DNA of 64,000 nt. It comes from an uncultured Bacteroidota bacterium. GTDB taxonomy: Bacteria > Bacteroidota > Bacteroidia > Bacteroidales > VadinHA17. Where the stretch lies: contig CAIJYD010000078.1 in assembly GCA_903824785.1 (NCBI GenBank), positions 37,365 to 101,364 on the forward strand, read 5' to 3'. Made by a program: the position numbers and the translations under genes. The notes under the pieces are model-generated. The model was not told where the DNA came from. It made no database searches and saw only the letters and a list, made by a program, of their open reading frames with translations. Shown one piece after another: positions 1 through 10,186 of the stretch (the first letter of the stretch is position 1; the number at the start of each line of letters is the position of its first letter).

Positions 1-488
1 AGATTTTTACTGATAATATAATCGATTACAGGTTCAAGAGCAGGATCATCGGCCATAATGAACTTTCCGTTTCTCTCTCTTACAGTCATTCCTATGTTCT
101 TCCATAGCTTCACAGAGATCGCTCCTCCGGAAATATCAGAATCAAGATGAGATATTACTTTTTTACTCCACCCATCTGTTCCCCAGCCAACGGTATCGAA
201 ATAAAAAGTGGCTCCGTAAAATACCTTTCCGGGATATTTTCCGGCTGAGAGCAACGAAAAATCGAGCTGCTGTTTAACTGCAACTGAATCTGAATGGTCG
301 ACATTCAGTGTTATAAGAATGAAATTGTCTTTAAGAGCCTGTTCTTCAAAGAATCCTTTTGCGCTGTTTATGTGAGCATGGGAATCTATCTTCAATACTG
401 ACTGAAAATCCTTGTCTGTGAAGTATTTACTTTGACACCCGGAGATTGCTGATATTACAAGAATGAAATAAACTATCCTGATTCTCAT
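1..488 (-). CDS. amidohydrolase-fold metal-dependent hydrolase, putative lipoprotein (3' end cut by window edge)
   Basis: Absent from the supplied ORF track because it is open to the window edge. The reverse-strand ATG at complement(486..488) gives MRIRIVYFILVISAISGCQSKYFTDKDFQSVLKIDSHAHINSAKGFFEEQALKDNFILITLNV... It has a signal peptide with a lipobox-like ISGC. It also has a DSHAH (HxH) metal-binding motif typical of amidohydrolase TIM-barrel enzymes. Confidence 0.5.
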   Translation of the reverse strand, partial: MRIRIVYFILVISAISGCQSKYFTDKDFQSVLKIDSHAHINSAKGFFEEQALKDNFILITLNVDHSDSVAVKQQLDFSLLSAGKYPGKVFYGATFYFDTVGWGTDGWSKKVISHLDSDISGGAISVKLWKNIGMTVRERNGKFIMADDPALEPVIDYIISKN

Positions 489-606
489 CTTTTTTAATTG
501 ATAAAGAAATATATTATACTGAATGATCAAGAGGGAAGTTCACCTGACGAATTGGCCTGGAGAGCTTCCCTTATGCTGAATAAATTAATTGTTAAAAAGC
601 CATTTT

Positions 607-1479
607 TTATTTAGGCATTACAACAAAAGCGGCTTTATTGAGAAAATCGGCACTCATCCTGCAACTGGTAAACTCGTCAAAATTATACTCTTCTACCTCA
701 ACAATACCGTATTGCATTCCTGATTTGGCAGCATTGGCCCAGATTGCGGCGAAATCCATCAAACCACTTGCTCCAAGTTCTGCTTTATCTTTAATGTGCC
801 ATAATTCGAATCTGCCCGGGTATTTATTGAAATAATCTACAGGATTGGCACCTCCTGCCACAACCCAGTAAAGATCCATTTCAAACATAACTTTTGCAGG
901 GTCGGTATTTGTAAGCATAACGTCATAAATTGTCTGATCTTCCAGTTTGGTAGAAAATTCCTTATTATGGTTATGATAGCCGAAACGGATCCCTTTTGCA
1001 TTGCATTTCTCACCGATCTGGTTGAAATATTCACAATAAAGCTTCAAGGTATCCAGACTGCGGTATGCACTTCCTCCCATAAAAGGCTGAACAAGGAATT
1101 TCACTCCGGCGGCAACATGAGCATCGATACATGCATCCCACCAGGTCATTGTCTTTGCCATATTTGCAGAATCAGGAAGAGCCTGTCCGGTATGAGAACT
1201 GAGCAACAACAAACCATTAGCTTCGCAAAGTGTTTTAAAAGCAGCCGGTTCCATACCATAAAATTTCCCGTCTCCATAACCAGCAGGCTCAACAAATGTA
1301 TAACCCATTTTGCTGACTTTATCCAGTGCAGCAGGAATATCTCTCCTTATTGAATCACGAATTGAATACAACTGCAATCCTATATTTTTCTTTGCCGGCT
1401 TACATGAATAGAAAGTGGAAAAGAGCAGGCCGGTAACAGCCATCAACATAATAATTGAAATAAAACTTCTTTTTTTCAT
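607..1479 (-). CDS. secreted sugar phosphate isomerase/epimerase-family protein (xylose isomerase-like TIM barrel)
   Basis: 290-aa ORF with an N-terminal signal peptide ending FYSC. The motifs GLQLYSIRD, GYHNHNKEF and LWHIKD resemble the xylose-isomerase-like/AP-endonuclease-2 TIM barrel family. Confidence 0.6.
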   Translation of the reverse strand: MKKRSFISIIMLMAVTGLLFSTFYSCKPAKKNIGLQLYSIRDSIRRDIPAALDKVSKMGYTFVEPAGYGDGKFYGMEPAAFKTLCEANGLLLLSSHTGQALPDSANMAKTMTWWDACIDAHVAAGVKFLVQPFMGGSAYRSLDTLKLYCEYFNQIGEKCNAKGIRFGYHNHNKEFSTKLEDQTIYDVMLTNTDPAKVMFEMDLYWVVAGGANPVDYFNKYPGRFELWHIKDKAELGASGLMDFAAIWANAAKSGMQYGIVEVEEYNFDEFTSCRMSADFLNKAAFVVMPK

Positions 1480-1611
1480 TGGTTTTAGGGTTTTAAAATT
1501 TGTCTAAGATACTAATTAAATTGAGGATGAATTATCTGTTTTTTGTAAAAATTAATAGGAAAACAGCCAAATAAATCTGTGCATGGAAAGTTGAATAATT
1601 GAGAGATGGTT

Positions 1612-3018
1612 TTACTGCATCGCCTTTAACACTTTCCATATTGCTTCAGGTCCCTTAACTGCATTTGAAGGAATATTCCCTTCTTTTCCAAATACCAGCA
1701 TTGCATCATATTTCTCAATAGTTACTTTTGATTCATCAACCTTTCCTGCCTTATCTTTAACCGCATCAATATTAAGTTTCAGGTGACGGGCCATAAAGTC
1801 ATACATTGCCAGCCGCTTTGTAATGCCGTAATTATGCTCCTCGTTTTCAATATGTGTATTTTCAACGTTTTCAGCTTTTCCGTAAAGGCTGTAAACTTTT
1901 TTCAGATACGGAAATTCTATTGAAGGAACTGTTCGGGTCCAGTCGCTTGCTTCGGAGACAACCAGCAGAGGGCGCGGCGAAGCCATTGCTGCAATCTCTG
2001 CGTTATTGGTTCCCAGGCCAGTGCAGGAATGAATTGGCAACCCGCTTTCACAGGCACATCCCCCATAAAACGATGCAGAGACCATTACAACTGGTATACT
2101 AACTGCTATTCTGTCATCAAGTGCTGTAATAAGAAATGACTGAGTACCACCTCCTGACGCAGCAGTAACACCTATCCTTGCCGGATCAACATAAGGCAAT
2201 GAGGTGAGAAAATCGAGTACTCTGATGCTGTTCAATGTCTGCATTGTAAGAGCCAGTGATGTTCTATGGTCTTCTTTATTTACCTGTAGAAGAGACTCTC
2301 CCCAGGCAAACATTTCATAGCTGAAGACAACAGCCCCCATCCTAGCCAGTGTTGCACACCGATATTGCTGATCTGGACGATACCTGCCGTACTGATTCAG
2401 ATCAGTACTTGGGAAATGTCCATGTGGACTAAGTACTGCAGCAAAAGGACCTTTACCTTTCGAAGGCCGGTAAAGAGAACCGCATAGATACACCCCGGGT
2501 AATGTTTCAATTGCTACATTTTCAACAGTATAGCCATCCAATATCCGTTTTTTTGTAAAGATCGGATTAAGTGGAGTCTTTTTTGGCAGGGGCGATAATT
2601 TCAGCTGTTCGAGGAAGCAGCTGCGAAGAACTGCTTTTCTCTTTTCCCAATCAGAAACAGTTGGATAGCTGGCAAGAAGCTGGTTTAAATGCTTCTCCCC
2701 ATCTTCCGGGGATCTCATATAATAGACAAATTTCGAAACCTCATAAACATTGCCTTCTTTCTTCTGAAAAACCATGTCCAAAGGAAGAAGAATATTTGTA
2801 AGGGTTGTTTCAGCATCGTATCTGTAGCGCCATGTAGGATATAAAACATCAATACCTTTAATAATATCCTCACGATATTCAAGTTTGATTTTATACCTGA
2901 CTTCAATATCTGCAAGAACCTCCTTCAAAGGTTTTTTATAAACATCCTCCGGCGACTGTGCAGAAACAAATCCAACAGTTCCTGCAAGAAAGAACAGAAT
3001 CAACAGCTTAATTTTCAT
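1612..3018 (-). CDS. secreted alpha/beta hydrolase (acetyl-xylan-esterase / dienelactone-hydrolase-like)
   Basis: 468 aa with signal peptide MKIKLLILFFLAGTVGFVSAQ and a nucleophile-elbow-like GVTAASGGGTQS. The family call rests on motif recall only. Confidence 0.45.
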   Translation of the reverse strand: MKIKLLILFFLAGTVGFVSAQSPEDVYKKPLKEVLADIEVRYKIKLEYREDIIKGIDVLYPTWRYRYDAETTLTNILLPLDMVFQKKEGNVYEVSKFVYYMRSPEDGEKHLNQLLASYPTVSDWEKRKAVLRSCFLEQLKLSPLPKKTPLNPIFTKKRILDGYTVENVAIETLPGVYLCGSLYRPSKGKGPFAAVLSPHGHFPSTDLNQYGRYRPDQQYRCATLARMGAVVFSYEMFAWGESLLQVNKEDHRTSLALTMQTLNSIRVLDFLTSLPYVDPARIGVTAASGGGTQSFLITALDDRIAVSIPVVMVSASFYGGCACESGLPIHSCTGLGTNNAEIAAMASPRPLLVVSEASDWTRTVPSIEFPYLKKVYSLYGKAENVENTHIENEEHNYGITKRLAMYDFMARHLKLNIDAVKDKAGKVDESKVTIEKYDAMLVFGKEGNIPSNAVKGPEAIWKVLKAMQ

Positions 3019-3100
3019 GTTAAAGTTTTTTTAATAAATGATATTCGAAAGAAAATTGCCGGAGCAACAGGATGCCAAGTTACATAAAGTTCTGAATACT

Positions 3101-5308
3101 TTATTCAGCAATAAATTTCAGTAACGGGATCAGTACCGGTTCTCCTTTTTCAGCCTTGTATGATACTTTTGTTAACAGGTTCCCGGAAACATCAGATTCA
3201 GATATGGTGTACTGGCGGATGTAAGGATTCATTTTTGTAATAAAAATCAAGGCTCTCTCTTTTGCCTCATCTGAAAATGCAGCAAAACCGGGATGTACCA
3301 GAGAGATAATATCAGAGAGTTCTGTCAGCGAGGTGATCTTTGCACCTTTCGGAAAACCGTTTGAGGATTTATCAGCCGAAACGACAACGATGCCGCCTGA
3401 GGGGATCCAGTTAAGCCAGTTCATCTCTTCACCGGCATTTTTTTCAACTCCCTCTCTGATAACCGAGCCGGCATAATATTTTTTTAATGTTTCCTTAAAA
3501 AGTGAAGGAAGCTTAGTAACCTTTATATAACCTGATAACAACCTGCAAATATTGTAGTGATCAACTGCATAATTGAAATCAGGTGCAGTAAGCCGGCCAT
3601 TATTATTTAAAAGATTAGAAGCTAAAACATCAACAAGAGCCTTGAATTCAAAAGATACCGTGTCAGCACCCGGATTGTTTTTCAACAGATAAACGGTGAC
3701 AGAATCAGAAAATCCTTTTATGTCAGACTGACCTGCAATGAAATCATTATCAATCAGTTTTATTTCATGCGGAATCTCGTCCATCCGCCTTACTGTGAGC
3801 AATAATCTGGCAACTGACTTTCTTCCCTCATCATCAAGTACCGCTTCTGTAATTACCGAATTGTCAGACTTCGACTCTTCAGACTCAATCGCGAATGACC
3901 CGGATGCAAGCCCTGTTGCAAAAACAGAAACCACAATTTTTCCGGGCTTTCCGGTAGACCTTATTACGTTTGAAACAGGCAGCTCTCCGTTCCAGATCTC
4001 ATCTATCCGGACATCTTTTGATTTTCCAGAATTAAAAATTTCAGGTCCTGCTAGTACTGCCGGGCCGGAAACATTCCATTTAATTGTTTTTGGCAGGGAA
4101 GAAACATGATTTCCGCTTGAATCGACAATATCAGCTGTTAAAATTGCAATGGAACCCCTATCGGCAATAATTCGCTGAGCTGAACAGGTAAGGAGAATCC
4201 TTGCAGCTTCTCCGGCATTAATGTCCTGAGCAGGAATAGAAAAACTATTATAGATAATTGTATTAAATACGTCTTCAGGACCGGTTTTAAGGGGTGCTGA
4301 TTCCGATGGAATATTATTATCGGACCCGGTTATGAACTTCAGTCCCGAAGAGTAATTATAAATATCAGCAACATCTTTTCCATCAATTACTTCAGTATAT
4401 ACCTTATATATATTCTGATCCAGCAATGACCCCGGGTGAAGATTTTTGACAGGTTTGGCTGTCTGCTCGAATTTATATAATTGTCGGGAATTAACCACGG
4501 CTACCGATTTAATCACCTGCAATACCTTACCGGTTCTGTCAGCTATTGTTGTCTGCAAAATGCACTCCTTGTTTTGAAGATTATCATTTTTAACGTTGAC
4601 TTTAACAACAATTAAGCCCTTTCTTTCGGAAATCTCAGGTGCTGGAATGAAAGCAGTACTGTCAGTGACAACCAGGTGCTGCTCAGGAATATACAATTTG
4701 TTTTTAATTTTTAGAGTCACATCACCGGTTATCCCGCCACAGATATTATAATTGCCTTCAGCCTTAAGTGGCATTATAAAATTATCGTCAGGCAGGTTAT
4801 TTACGGCAATTGCCAGGATATTGTCTTCTCCGGGCTTAAGCAGAGAGGATATATCAAATCCGAAAGAGCTGTCTCCCCCTTTATGATCACCCAGATACTT
4901 CCCGTTAAGCCAGACTTTGCAATATTTCTGAATCCTTTTGAACTCGAGGGAAAACATACTTCCGTCATAAACTTTACTTACAGAGAAATGCTTCCTGTAC
5001 CATCCCCATCCGATCCACCAGTATAGCTTATCGCTTTCTGCAACAAAACTATTAAAAGGAAAAAACTCACCGGTTGTTTCATAACTGAGCCAGGTATGAG
5101 GAAGGCTTACTGCCGGCCATCTGGAATCATTGAATCCTGGTGATTCATAACCTTTCCCAGCCGTTTCATCAGGAAAATAATTGAATGTCCAGTTAGAATT
5201 GATGATCTTTTCAACTCTGGGACTTTTCTGATTTTCAGGCAAAAGATTACGTCCTTCAGAAACAGAGGTCCATAATAAAGATAAAAGCAGAAAAGTGAAA
5301 TTTTTCAT
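3101..5308 (-). CDS. GH2-like secreted protein (N-terminal GH2 sugar-binding and Ig-like domains; no recognisable catalytic TIM barrel)
   Basis: 735 aa with a signal peptide. NWTFNYFP...WPAVSLPHTW...YWWIGWGWYRKHFSV...VWLNGKYLGDHKGGDSSFGFDIS matches the GH2 N-terminal jelly-roll. A beta-sandwich-like region follows, but I cannot find the GH2 acid/base or nucleophile region. Confidence 0.5.
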   Translation of the reverse strand: MKNFTFLLLSLLWTSVSEGRNLLPENQKSPRVEKIINSNWTFNYFPDETAGKGYESPGFNDSRWPAVSLPHTWLSYETTGEFFPFNSFVAESDKLYWWIGWGWYRKHFSVSKVYDGSMFSLEFKRIQKYCKVWLNGKYLGDHKGGDSSFGFDISSLLKPGEDNILAIAVNNLPDDNFIMPLKAEGNYNICGGITGDVTLKIKNKLYIPEQHLVVTDSTAFIPAPEISERKGLIVVKVNVKNDNLQNKECILQTTIADRTGKVLQVIKSVAVVNSRQLYKFEQTAKPVKNLHPGSLLDQNIYKVYTEVIDGKDVADIYNYSSGLKFITGSDNNIPSESAPLKTGPEDVFNTIIYNSFSIPAQDINAGEAARILLTCSAQRIIADRGSIAILTADIVDSSGNHVSSLPKTIKWNVSGPAVLAGPEIFNSGKSKDVRIDEIWNGELPVSNVIRSTGKPGKIVVSVFATGLASGSFAIESEESKSDNSVITEAVLDDEGRKSVARLLLTVRRMDEIPHEIKLIDNDFIAGQSDIKGFSDSVTVYLLKNNPGADTVSFEFKALVDVLASNLLNNNGRLTAPDFNYAVDHYNICRLLSGYIKVTKLPSLFKETLKKYYAGSVIREGVEKNAGEEMNWLNWIPSGGIVVVSADKSSNGFPKGAKITSLTELSDIISLVHPGFAAFSDEAKERALIFITKMNPYIRQYTISESDVSGNLLTKVSYKAEKGEPVLIPLLKFIAE

Positions 5309-5656
5309 ATCTGCACATTTATTTTAACAGGTCGTATGAAGCTCGTATGTCAACAGAAATGGAGTTTCCGGGTATACAATCTTCAAACATTTTGTGATGG
5401 TTTTAGTAATATTTATTTAGAAATATCATTAAATTATTGTCAGACGATCGTTACTTATTATTAACTGAAAGATACTAAAATATTATAAACTGGAATCTAA
5501 TATTTAATATTTTTGGAATTGTCAACTTTTTCCATGAAAACGTAAAATTAGAATCACAACATTTTAACAAACTGTCAATCAGTGATAAGATAACTAAAAC
5601 TATTGTTATCTGCTAAAATAAAAAATAACTGAAATGAAGAAAATAATCACTTCCTG

Positions 5657-5686
5657 TTTGATATATTAAAAATATAAGTACATTTG
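5657..5686 (+). promoter_or_regulatory. candidate Bacteroidota sigma-A promoter (-33 TTTG, -7 TAcaTTTG) for the ilv-leu leader
   Basis: TTTG at 5657-5660, an 18-nt spacer, and TACATTTG at 5679-5686. The -7 box lies 23 nt upstream of the leader ATG. It matches the TTTG/TAnnTTTG consensus described for Bacteroides promoters. Confidence 0.5.
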
Positions 5687-5708
5687 CCGATCAAATATTA
5701 ATAAAAAA

Positions 5709-5768
5709 ATGAGAATATCTTTAATCCATATTATTATCCTCGTACTCATCCTTGCTAAACGCACGTAA
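5709..5768 (+). CDS. ilv-leu leader peptide MRISLIHIIILVLILAKRT (19 aa; 11 of 19 residues are Ile/Leu/Val, 8 of them consecutive)
   Basis: ATG 5709 to TAA 5766-5768. It sits between the promoter-like box and a strong intrinsic terminator, directly upstream of ilvD. It is too short for the ORF track. Confidence 0.75.
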   Translation: MRISLIHIIILVLILAKRT

Positions 5769-5802
5769 CCCGGGAATAATATGTATTTCTATAAATATAC
5801 AG

Positions 5803-5832
5803 AGCTTTCCGGGGGACCGGGAAGCTTTTTTT
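5803..5832 (+). terminator. attenuator terminator upstream of ilvD
   Basis: AGCTTTCCGG (5803-5812), loop GGGA, CCGGGAAGCT (5817-5826). This is a 10-bp stem with one G-U pair, followed by six further T residues ending at 5832. CCCGGGAA (5769-5776) can instead pair with TTTCCGGG (5806-5813) as an antiterminator. That segment starts immediately after the leader stop codon. Confidence 0.75.
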
Positions 5833-5854
5833 ATAAAAACATGAATTTAGAACT

Positions 5855-7681
5855 ATGAAGAATCAACTCCGAAGTTCAAAGACAACAACAGGCAGAAATA
5901 TGGCAGGTGCCAGAAGTTTGTGGCGTGCCAACGGCATGACTGAAGAACAATTCGGGAAACCTGTTATTGCAATTGTCAACTCATTTACTCAGTTTGTGCC
6001 GGGGCATGTTCACCTTCATGAAATAGGCCAGGTTGTTAAAAAAGAGATTGAGAAAATGGGCTGTTTTGCAGCTGAATTCAATACTATTGCCATTGATGAC
6101 GGTATAGCAATGGGTCACGCAGGCATGCTCTACTCCCTTCCATCAAGGGAACTTATAGCCGACAGTGTTGAATATGTGTGCAATGCACATCTGGCCGATG
6201 CAATGATCTGTATCAGCAATTGCGATAAGATAACTCCGGGCATGCTGATGGCTGCAATGAGGCTCAACATACCGGCTGTATTTGTATCAGGAGGCCCAAT
6301 GGAAGCCGGTCTGAATAAAGATAAATATCTCGACCTTGTAGATGCCATGGTAGCAGCTGCCGATCCTGCCATCAGTGACAGCGATCTGAATGATATTGAA
6401 AAATCTGCCTGCCCTACCTGTGGCTCATGTTCAGGCATGTTTACAGCTAACTCAATGAACTGCCTTAATGAAGCACTTGGAATGGCTCTTCCCGGAAATG
6501 GAACAATTATAGCCACCCACGTGAACAGGATAAAACTGTTTGAAAAAGCAGCAGGATTAATAGTAGAGCTGGCTAACCGTTATTATAATGAAGGAGATGA
6601 TTCAGTTCTTCCACGTTCAATAGCAACAAGGGATGCATTTATGAACTCCATGTCGCTTGATATTGCAATGGGAGGATCGACCAATACCGTTCTTCATCTG
6701 ATAGCAATAGCACATGAAGCCGGTGTTGACTTTACTATGAAGGATATTGATGAACTTTCGCGTAAAATTCCCAACATATGCAAAGTGGCACCAAGCTCTC
6801 AGTATCATGTTCAGGATGTAAACCGGGCCGGAGGAATTCTTTCAATAATGGGCGAACTTGAACGTGGAAACCTGATAAACAGCTCGGTAAAAAGAATTGA
6901 TTATCCATCCCTTCATGATGCAATTTCCGACTGGGATATTCAGAGTGGAAAAGCGGTGCCTGAAGCTTTTGATATTTTCAGAAGTGCCCCTTCAATGGTC
7001 AGAAGCCTGAAAATGGGTACACATGCCGGCTCCTATAAAGATCTAGACACCGACAGGGAAAAAGGATGTATCAGGTCCGTAACCACACCTTATAGTAAAG
7101 ACGGCGGATTAGCTGTTCTTTATGGAAATATTGCAAGCAAGGGTTGCATAGTGAAAACAGCAGGTATAAATGAATCGATGTTTTCATTCACCGGTAACGC
7201 AGTAATTTTTGAATCACAGGAAGATGCTGTCGACGGTATCCTTGACGGAACCGTAAAGGCAGGTGATGCGGTGATTATCAGATATGAAGGTCCAAAAGGC
7301 GGACCGGGGATGCAGGAGATGCTCTACCCTACTTCGTACCTCAAATCAAAAGGACTCGACAAAAAATGTGCACTTATTACAGATGGCCGCTTTTCGGGAG
7401 GCACTTCAGGTTTGTCTATCGGACATGTATCTCCTGAAGCTGCTGCAGGAGGAGAACTGGCAATACTCCGAAACGGTGACCGCATAACGATTGATATTTC
7501 TAAAAGAAGCATAAATGTGGAATTATCAGATAATGAGATTAAAAGCCGGCATGAAGCCGAAAAACTCAAAGGAAACAAGGCCTATTTGCCTGAAACACGA
7601 AACCGCGAAATTCCGGGTTCTTTAAAAGCTTATGCTGCAAATGTAAGCTCGGCTGATCTGGGAGCAATAAGATTAATATAA
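5855..7681 (+). CDS. ilvD: dihydroxy-acid dehydratase
   Basis: 608 aa. The N-terminus [45 protein letters not shown] is near-identical in pattern to E. coli IlvD. The Fe-S cluster motif [11 protein letters not shown] is present. Confidence 0.97.
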   Translation: MKNQLRSSKTTTGRNMAGARSLWRANGMTEEQFGKPVIAIVNSFTQFVPGHVHLHEIGQVVKKEIEKMGCFAAEFNTIAIDDGIAMGHAGMLYSLPSRELIADSVEYVCNAHLADAMICISNCDKITPGMLMAAMRLNIPAVFVSGGPMEAGLNKDKYLDLVDAMVAAADPAISDSDLNDIEKSACPTCGSCSGMFTANSMNCLNEALGMALPGNGTIIATHVNRIKLFEKAAGLIVELANRYYNEGDDSVLPRSIATRDAFMNSMSLDIAMGGSTNTVLHLIAIAHEAGVDFTMKDIDELSRKIPNICKVAPSSQYHVQDVNRAGGILSIMGELERGNLINSSVKRIDYPSLHDAISDWDIQSGKAVPEAFDIFRSAPSMVRSLKMGTHAGSYKDLDTDREKGCIRSVTTPYSKDGGLAVLYGNIASKGCIVKTAGINESMFSFTGNAVIFESQEDAVDGILDGTVKAGDAVIIRYEGPKGGPGMQEMLYPTSYLKSKGLDKKCALITDGRFSGGTSGLSIGHVSPEAAAGGELAILRNGDRITIDISKRSINVELSDNEIKSRHEAEKLKGNKAYLPETRNREIPGSLKAYAANVSSADLGAIRLI

Positions 7682-7737
7682 GAGGGTAACAGGAACTGAA
7701 AAAAAGTAAAGAAAAAGAAATTAGACAATACCAATAT

Positions 7738-9477
7738 ATGAAGACTGAAGAGGAGAAAGAAAAAGCAACAGAACTGGTAAATGGGAAAGAGTTCATTTCA
7801 GGTGCAAATGCACTTCTGCAATGTCTGATAGAGGAGGGTGTGGATACTATTTTTGGCTATCCCGGCGGGGCCATAATGCCCGTATATGATGCTCTGCTCG
7901 ATTATGAAGGAAAACTGCGCCATATTCTAACACGTCATGAGCAGGGAGCTGCCCACGCTGCACAGGCTTATTCAATGGTTACAGGGAAACCTGGTATCTG
8001 CTTTGCCACATCAGGGCCGGGTGCCACAAACCTCGTAACCGGAATTGCAAATGCCTTTCTTGATTCAATCCCGGTAGTATTTATTACTGCCCAGGTAACT
8101 TCAACTCTTATTGGAACCGATGCATTCCAGGAGACAGATATTATCGGAGTGTCAATGCCTGTAACAAAATGGAACTGCCAGGTAAAAAAAGCTCATGATA
8201 TTCCTGAAACAATTGCAAAAGCATTTTACATTGCAAAGTCAGGGCGTCCGGGACCGGTTCTGATTGATATAACAAAGGATGCACAGATTGAAAAACTACA
8301 CTACTCATATAAAAAATGCGACTATATAAGGAGTTATAATCCAAGAATTCCATTGCATACCAAGGCAATTGAATCGGCTGCCATCATGATCAATCATGCT
8401 GAAAGGCCGCTTATTCTTGCCGGACACGGGATTCTTCTTTCAGGTGCAGAAAAAGAGCTGCTTGCTTTTGCTGAAAAAACAGGGATCCCCGTTGCATCAA
8501 CTTTACTGGGACTGTCGGCATTTCCGTCAGATCACCGCCTGTTTGCTGGAATGCTCGGGATGCATGGAAACTACGGACCAAATATCCTTACCAATGAAGC
8601 TGACCTGATAATTGCAATCGGAATGAGATTCGATGACAGGGTAACAGGAAACCTTAAAAAATATGCAACAAAATGTACCATAATACATATAGAGATCGAT
8701 GAGGCTGAAATAAATAAAAATGTCCTTGTTGATGTAGAAATACATAATGATGCAAAAGACGCACTGAAATATCTTATTCCACTCGTTAACGAAAACTCCT
8801 TTGAGAAATGGATCAGGGAATTCCGTATTCATGATAAAACTGAATATGAAAAAGTTATAAAGCCTGAGACGAAACCTGAATCAGGTTCTTTAAAGATGGG
8901 TGAAGTTGTAAGACAGATTTCAGAACTCACCAAAGGGGAGGCAATAGTGGTTACAGATGTAGGACAACATCAGATGTACACAGCCAGATATTATAAATTT
9001 ACTTCTCCCAACAGCTGGGTTACTTCAGGTGGAATGGGAACGATGGGGTTTGGTCTTCCTGCAGCAATCGGCGCCCAGATAGGTATGCCTGAAAAAACCG
9101 TTATCGCATTTATCGGAGATGGTGGATTCCAGATGACTCTTCAGGAGATGGGAACAATTTTACAATATAATGTTCCTGTGAAAATAATTATTCTGAATAA
9201 CAGCTACCTCGGTATGGTACGTCAATGGCAGGATATGTTCTTTAAAAAGAGATATGCCTCAACAGAATTGATTAATCCGGATTTTGTAATGTTGGCCCGG
9301 GGCTACAGCATCCCTGCAAAAAAAGTCTCAAAAAGGGAAGAGCTGAAAGATTCTCTGGTCGAAATGCTCTCCTCAAAAGGACCATACCTGCTTGAAATAA
9401 CAATTGAAAAAGAAGGAAATGTCTTCCCAATGGTAGAACCCGGATCGTCAGTTTCAGAAATAAGATTATCATATTAA
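7738..9477 (+). CDS. ilvB: acetolactate synthase (acetohydroxyacid synthase) large subunit
   Basis: 579 aa. ThDP enzyme motifs are present: [32 protein letters not shown] and the ThDP-binding GDGGFQM...NN. Confidence 0.95.
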   Translation: MKTEEEKEKATELVNGKEFISGANALLQCLIEEGVDTIFGYPGGAIMPVYDALLDYEGKLRHILTRHEQGAAHAAQAYSMVTGKPGICFATSGPGATNLVTGIANAFLDSIPVVFITAQVTSTLIGTDAFQETDIIGVSMPVTKWNCQVKKAHDIPETIAKAFYIAKSGRPGPVLIDITKDAQIEKLHYSYKKCDYIRSYNPRIPLHTKAIESAAIMINHAERPLILAGHGILLSGAEKELLAFAEKTGIPVASTLLGLSAFPSDHRLFAGMLGMHGNYGPNILTNEADLIIAIGMRFDDRVTGNLKKYATKCTIIHIEIDEAEINKNVLVDVEIHNDAKDALKYLIPLVNENSFEKWIREFRIHDKTEYEKVIKPETKPESGSLKMGEVVRQISELTKGEAIVVTDVGQHQMYTARYYKFTSPNSWVTSGGMGTMGFGLPAAIGAQIGMPEKTVIAFIGDGGFQMTLQEMGTILQYNVPVKIIILNNSYLGMVRQWQDMFFKKRYASTELINPDFVMLARGYSIPAKKVSKREELKDSLVEMLSSKGPYLLEITIEKEGNVFPMVEPGSSVSEIRLSY

Positions 9478-9554
9478 AGGGGATTCAGAGGAAGAAACAG
9501 GTTAATTACTAACCCGGAGATAAAAAGAGAAAATTTAAAAGCAAAAAACAGGAA

Positions 9555-10115
9555 ATGAAACAAGAATTTACAATATCGGTTTTCACCGAGGACCACATTG
9601 GAATATTAGGCCAGATAACGATAATCCTGACCCGCCGCCAGATAAATATAGATAGCCTTACCGCTTCTGAATCAGCAGTAAAAGGGGTTCATCTCCTTAC
9701 CATCGTTGTAAAGACTACAAGCGAAATGATTCAGAAGGTTGCACGGCAAATGGAAAAGCTGGTTGATGTATTAAAAGTCTTTGTACATGCCTCCGATCAT
9801 ATTATTTATCAGGAGCTTGCACTCTTCAAGGTTACTACGAAAGGGTTAATGTCAGGGAATATTATTGATCACGTTGTCCGTGCTCATCATGCCCGCATTC
9901 TCGAAGTCTCTCCGGAATATATTGTAATTGAAAAAACTGGTCACAAAACCGAAATTTCGGAATTACTTAAACAGCTTGAGCCTTTTGGTGTTTTGCAGTT
10001 CGCAAAATCGGGAAGGATAGCAATCACAAAACAGGTTAAAGAGCTTAATTCATACCTCACTGAGATGGATGCAGCAAACAGACTAACCCCTGAATCTACT
10101 GAATCTCAAAACTAA
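9555..10115 (+). CDS. ilvN: acetolactate synthase small (regulatory) subunit, ACT domain
   Basis: 186 aa with an N-terminal ACT-like ISVFTEDHIGILGQITIILTRRQINIDSLT. It lies directly after ilvB. Confidence 0.85.
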   Translation: MKQEFTISVFTEDHIGILGQITIILTRRQINIDSLTASESAVKGVHLLTIVVKTTSEMIQKVARQMEKLVDVLKVFVHASDHIIYQELALFKVTTKGLMSGNIIDHVVRAHHARILEVSPEYIVIEKTGHKTEISELLKQLEPFGVLQFAKSGRIAITKQVKELNSYLTEMDAANRLTPESTESQN

Positions 10116-10186
10116 TATATCCTTGTTTAACACTAAAACGAAAAATAATTAAATAACTAATAATCAAATAATTAAAACTTAAGATC

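Noticed and set aside
5634-5669. Mini-ORF MKKIITSCLIY as an alternative ilv leader
   Set aside because: It overlaps the predicted -33 element (5657-5660), so it would lie upstream of the likely transcription start. It has few branched-chain codons and no positional relation to the terminator. The 5709..5768 ORF fits far better.
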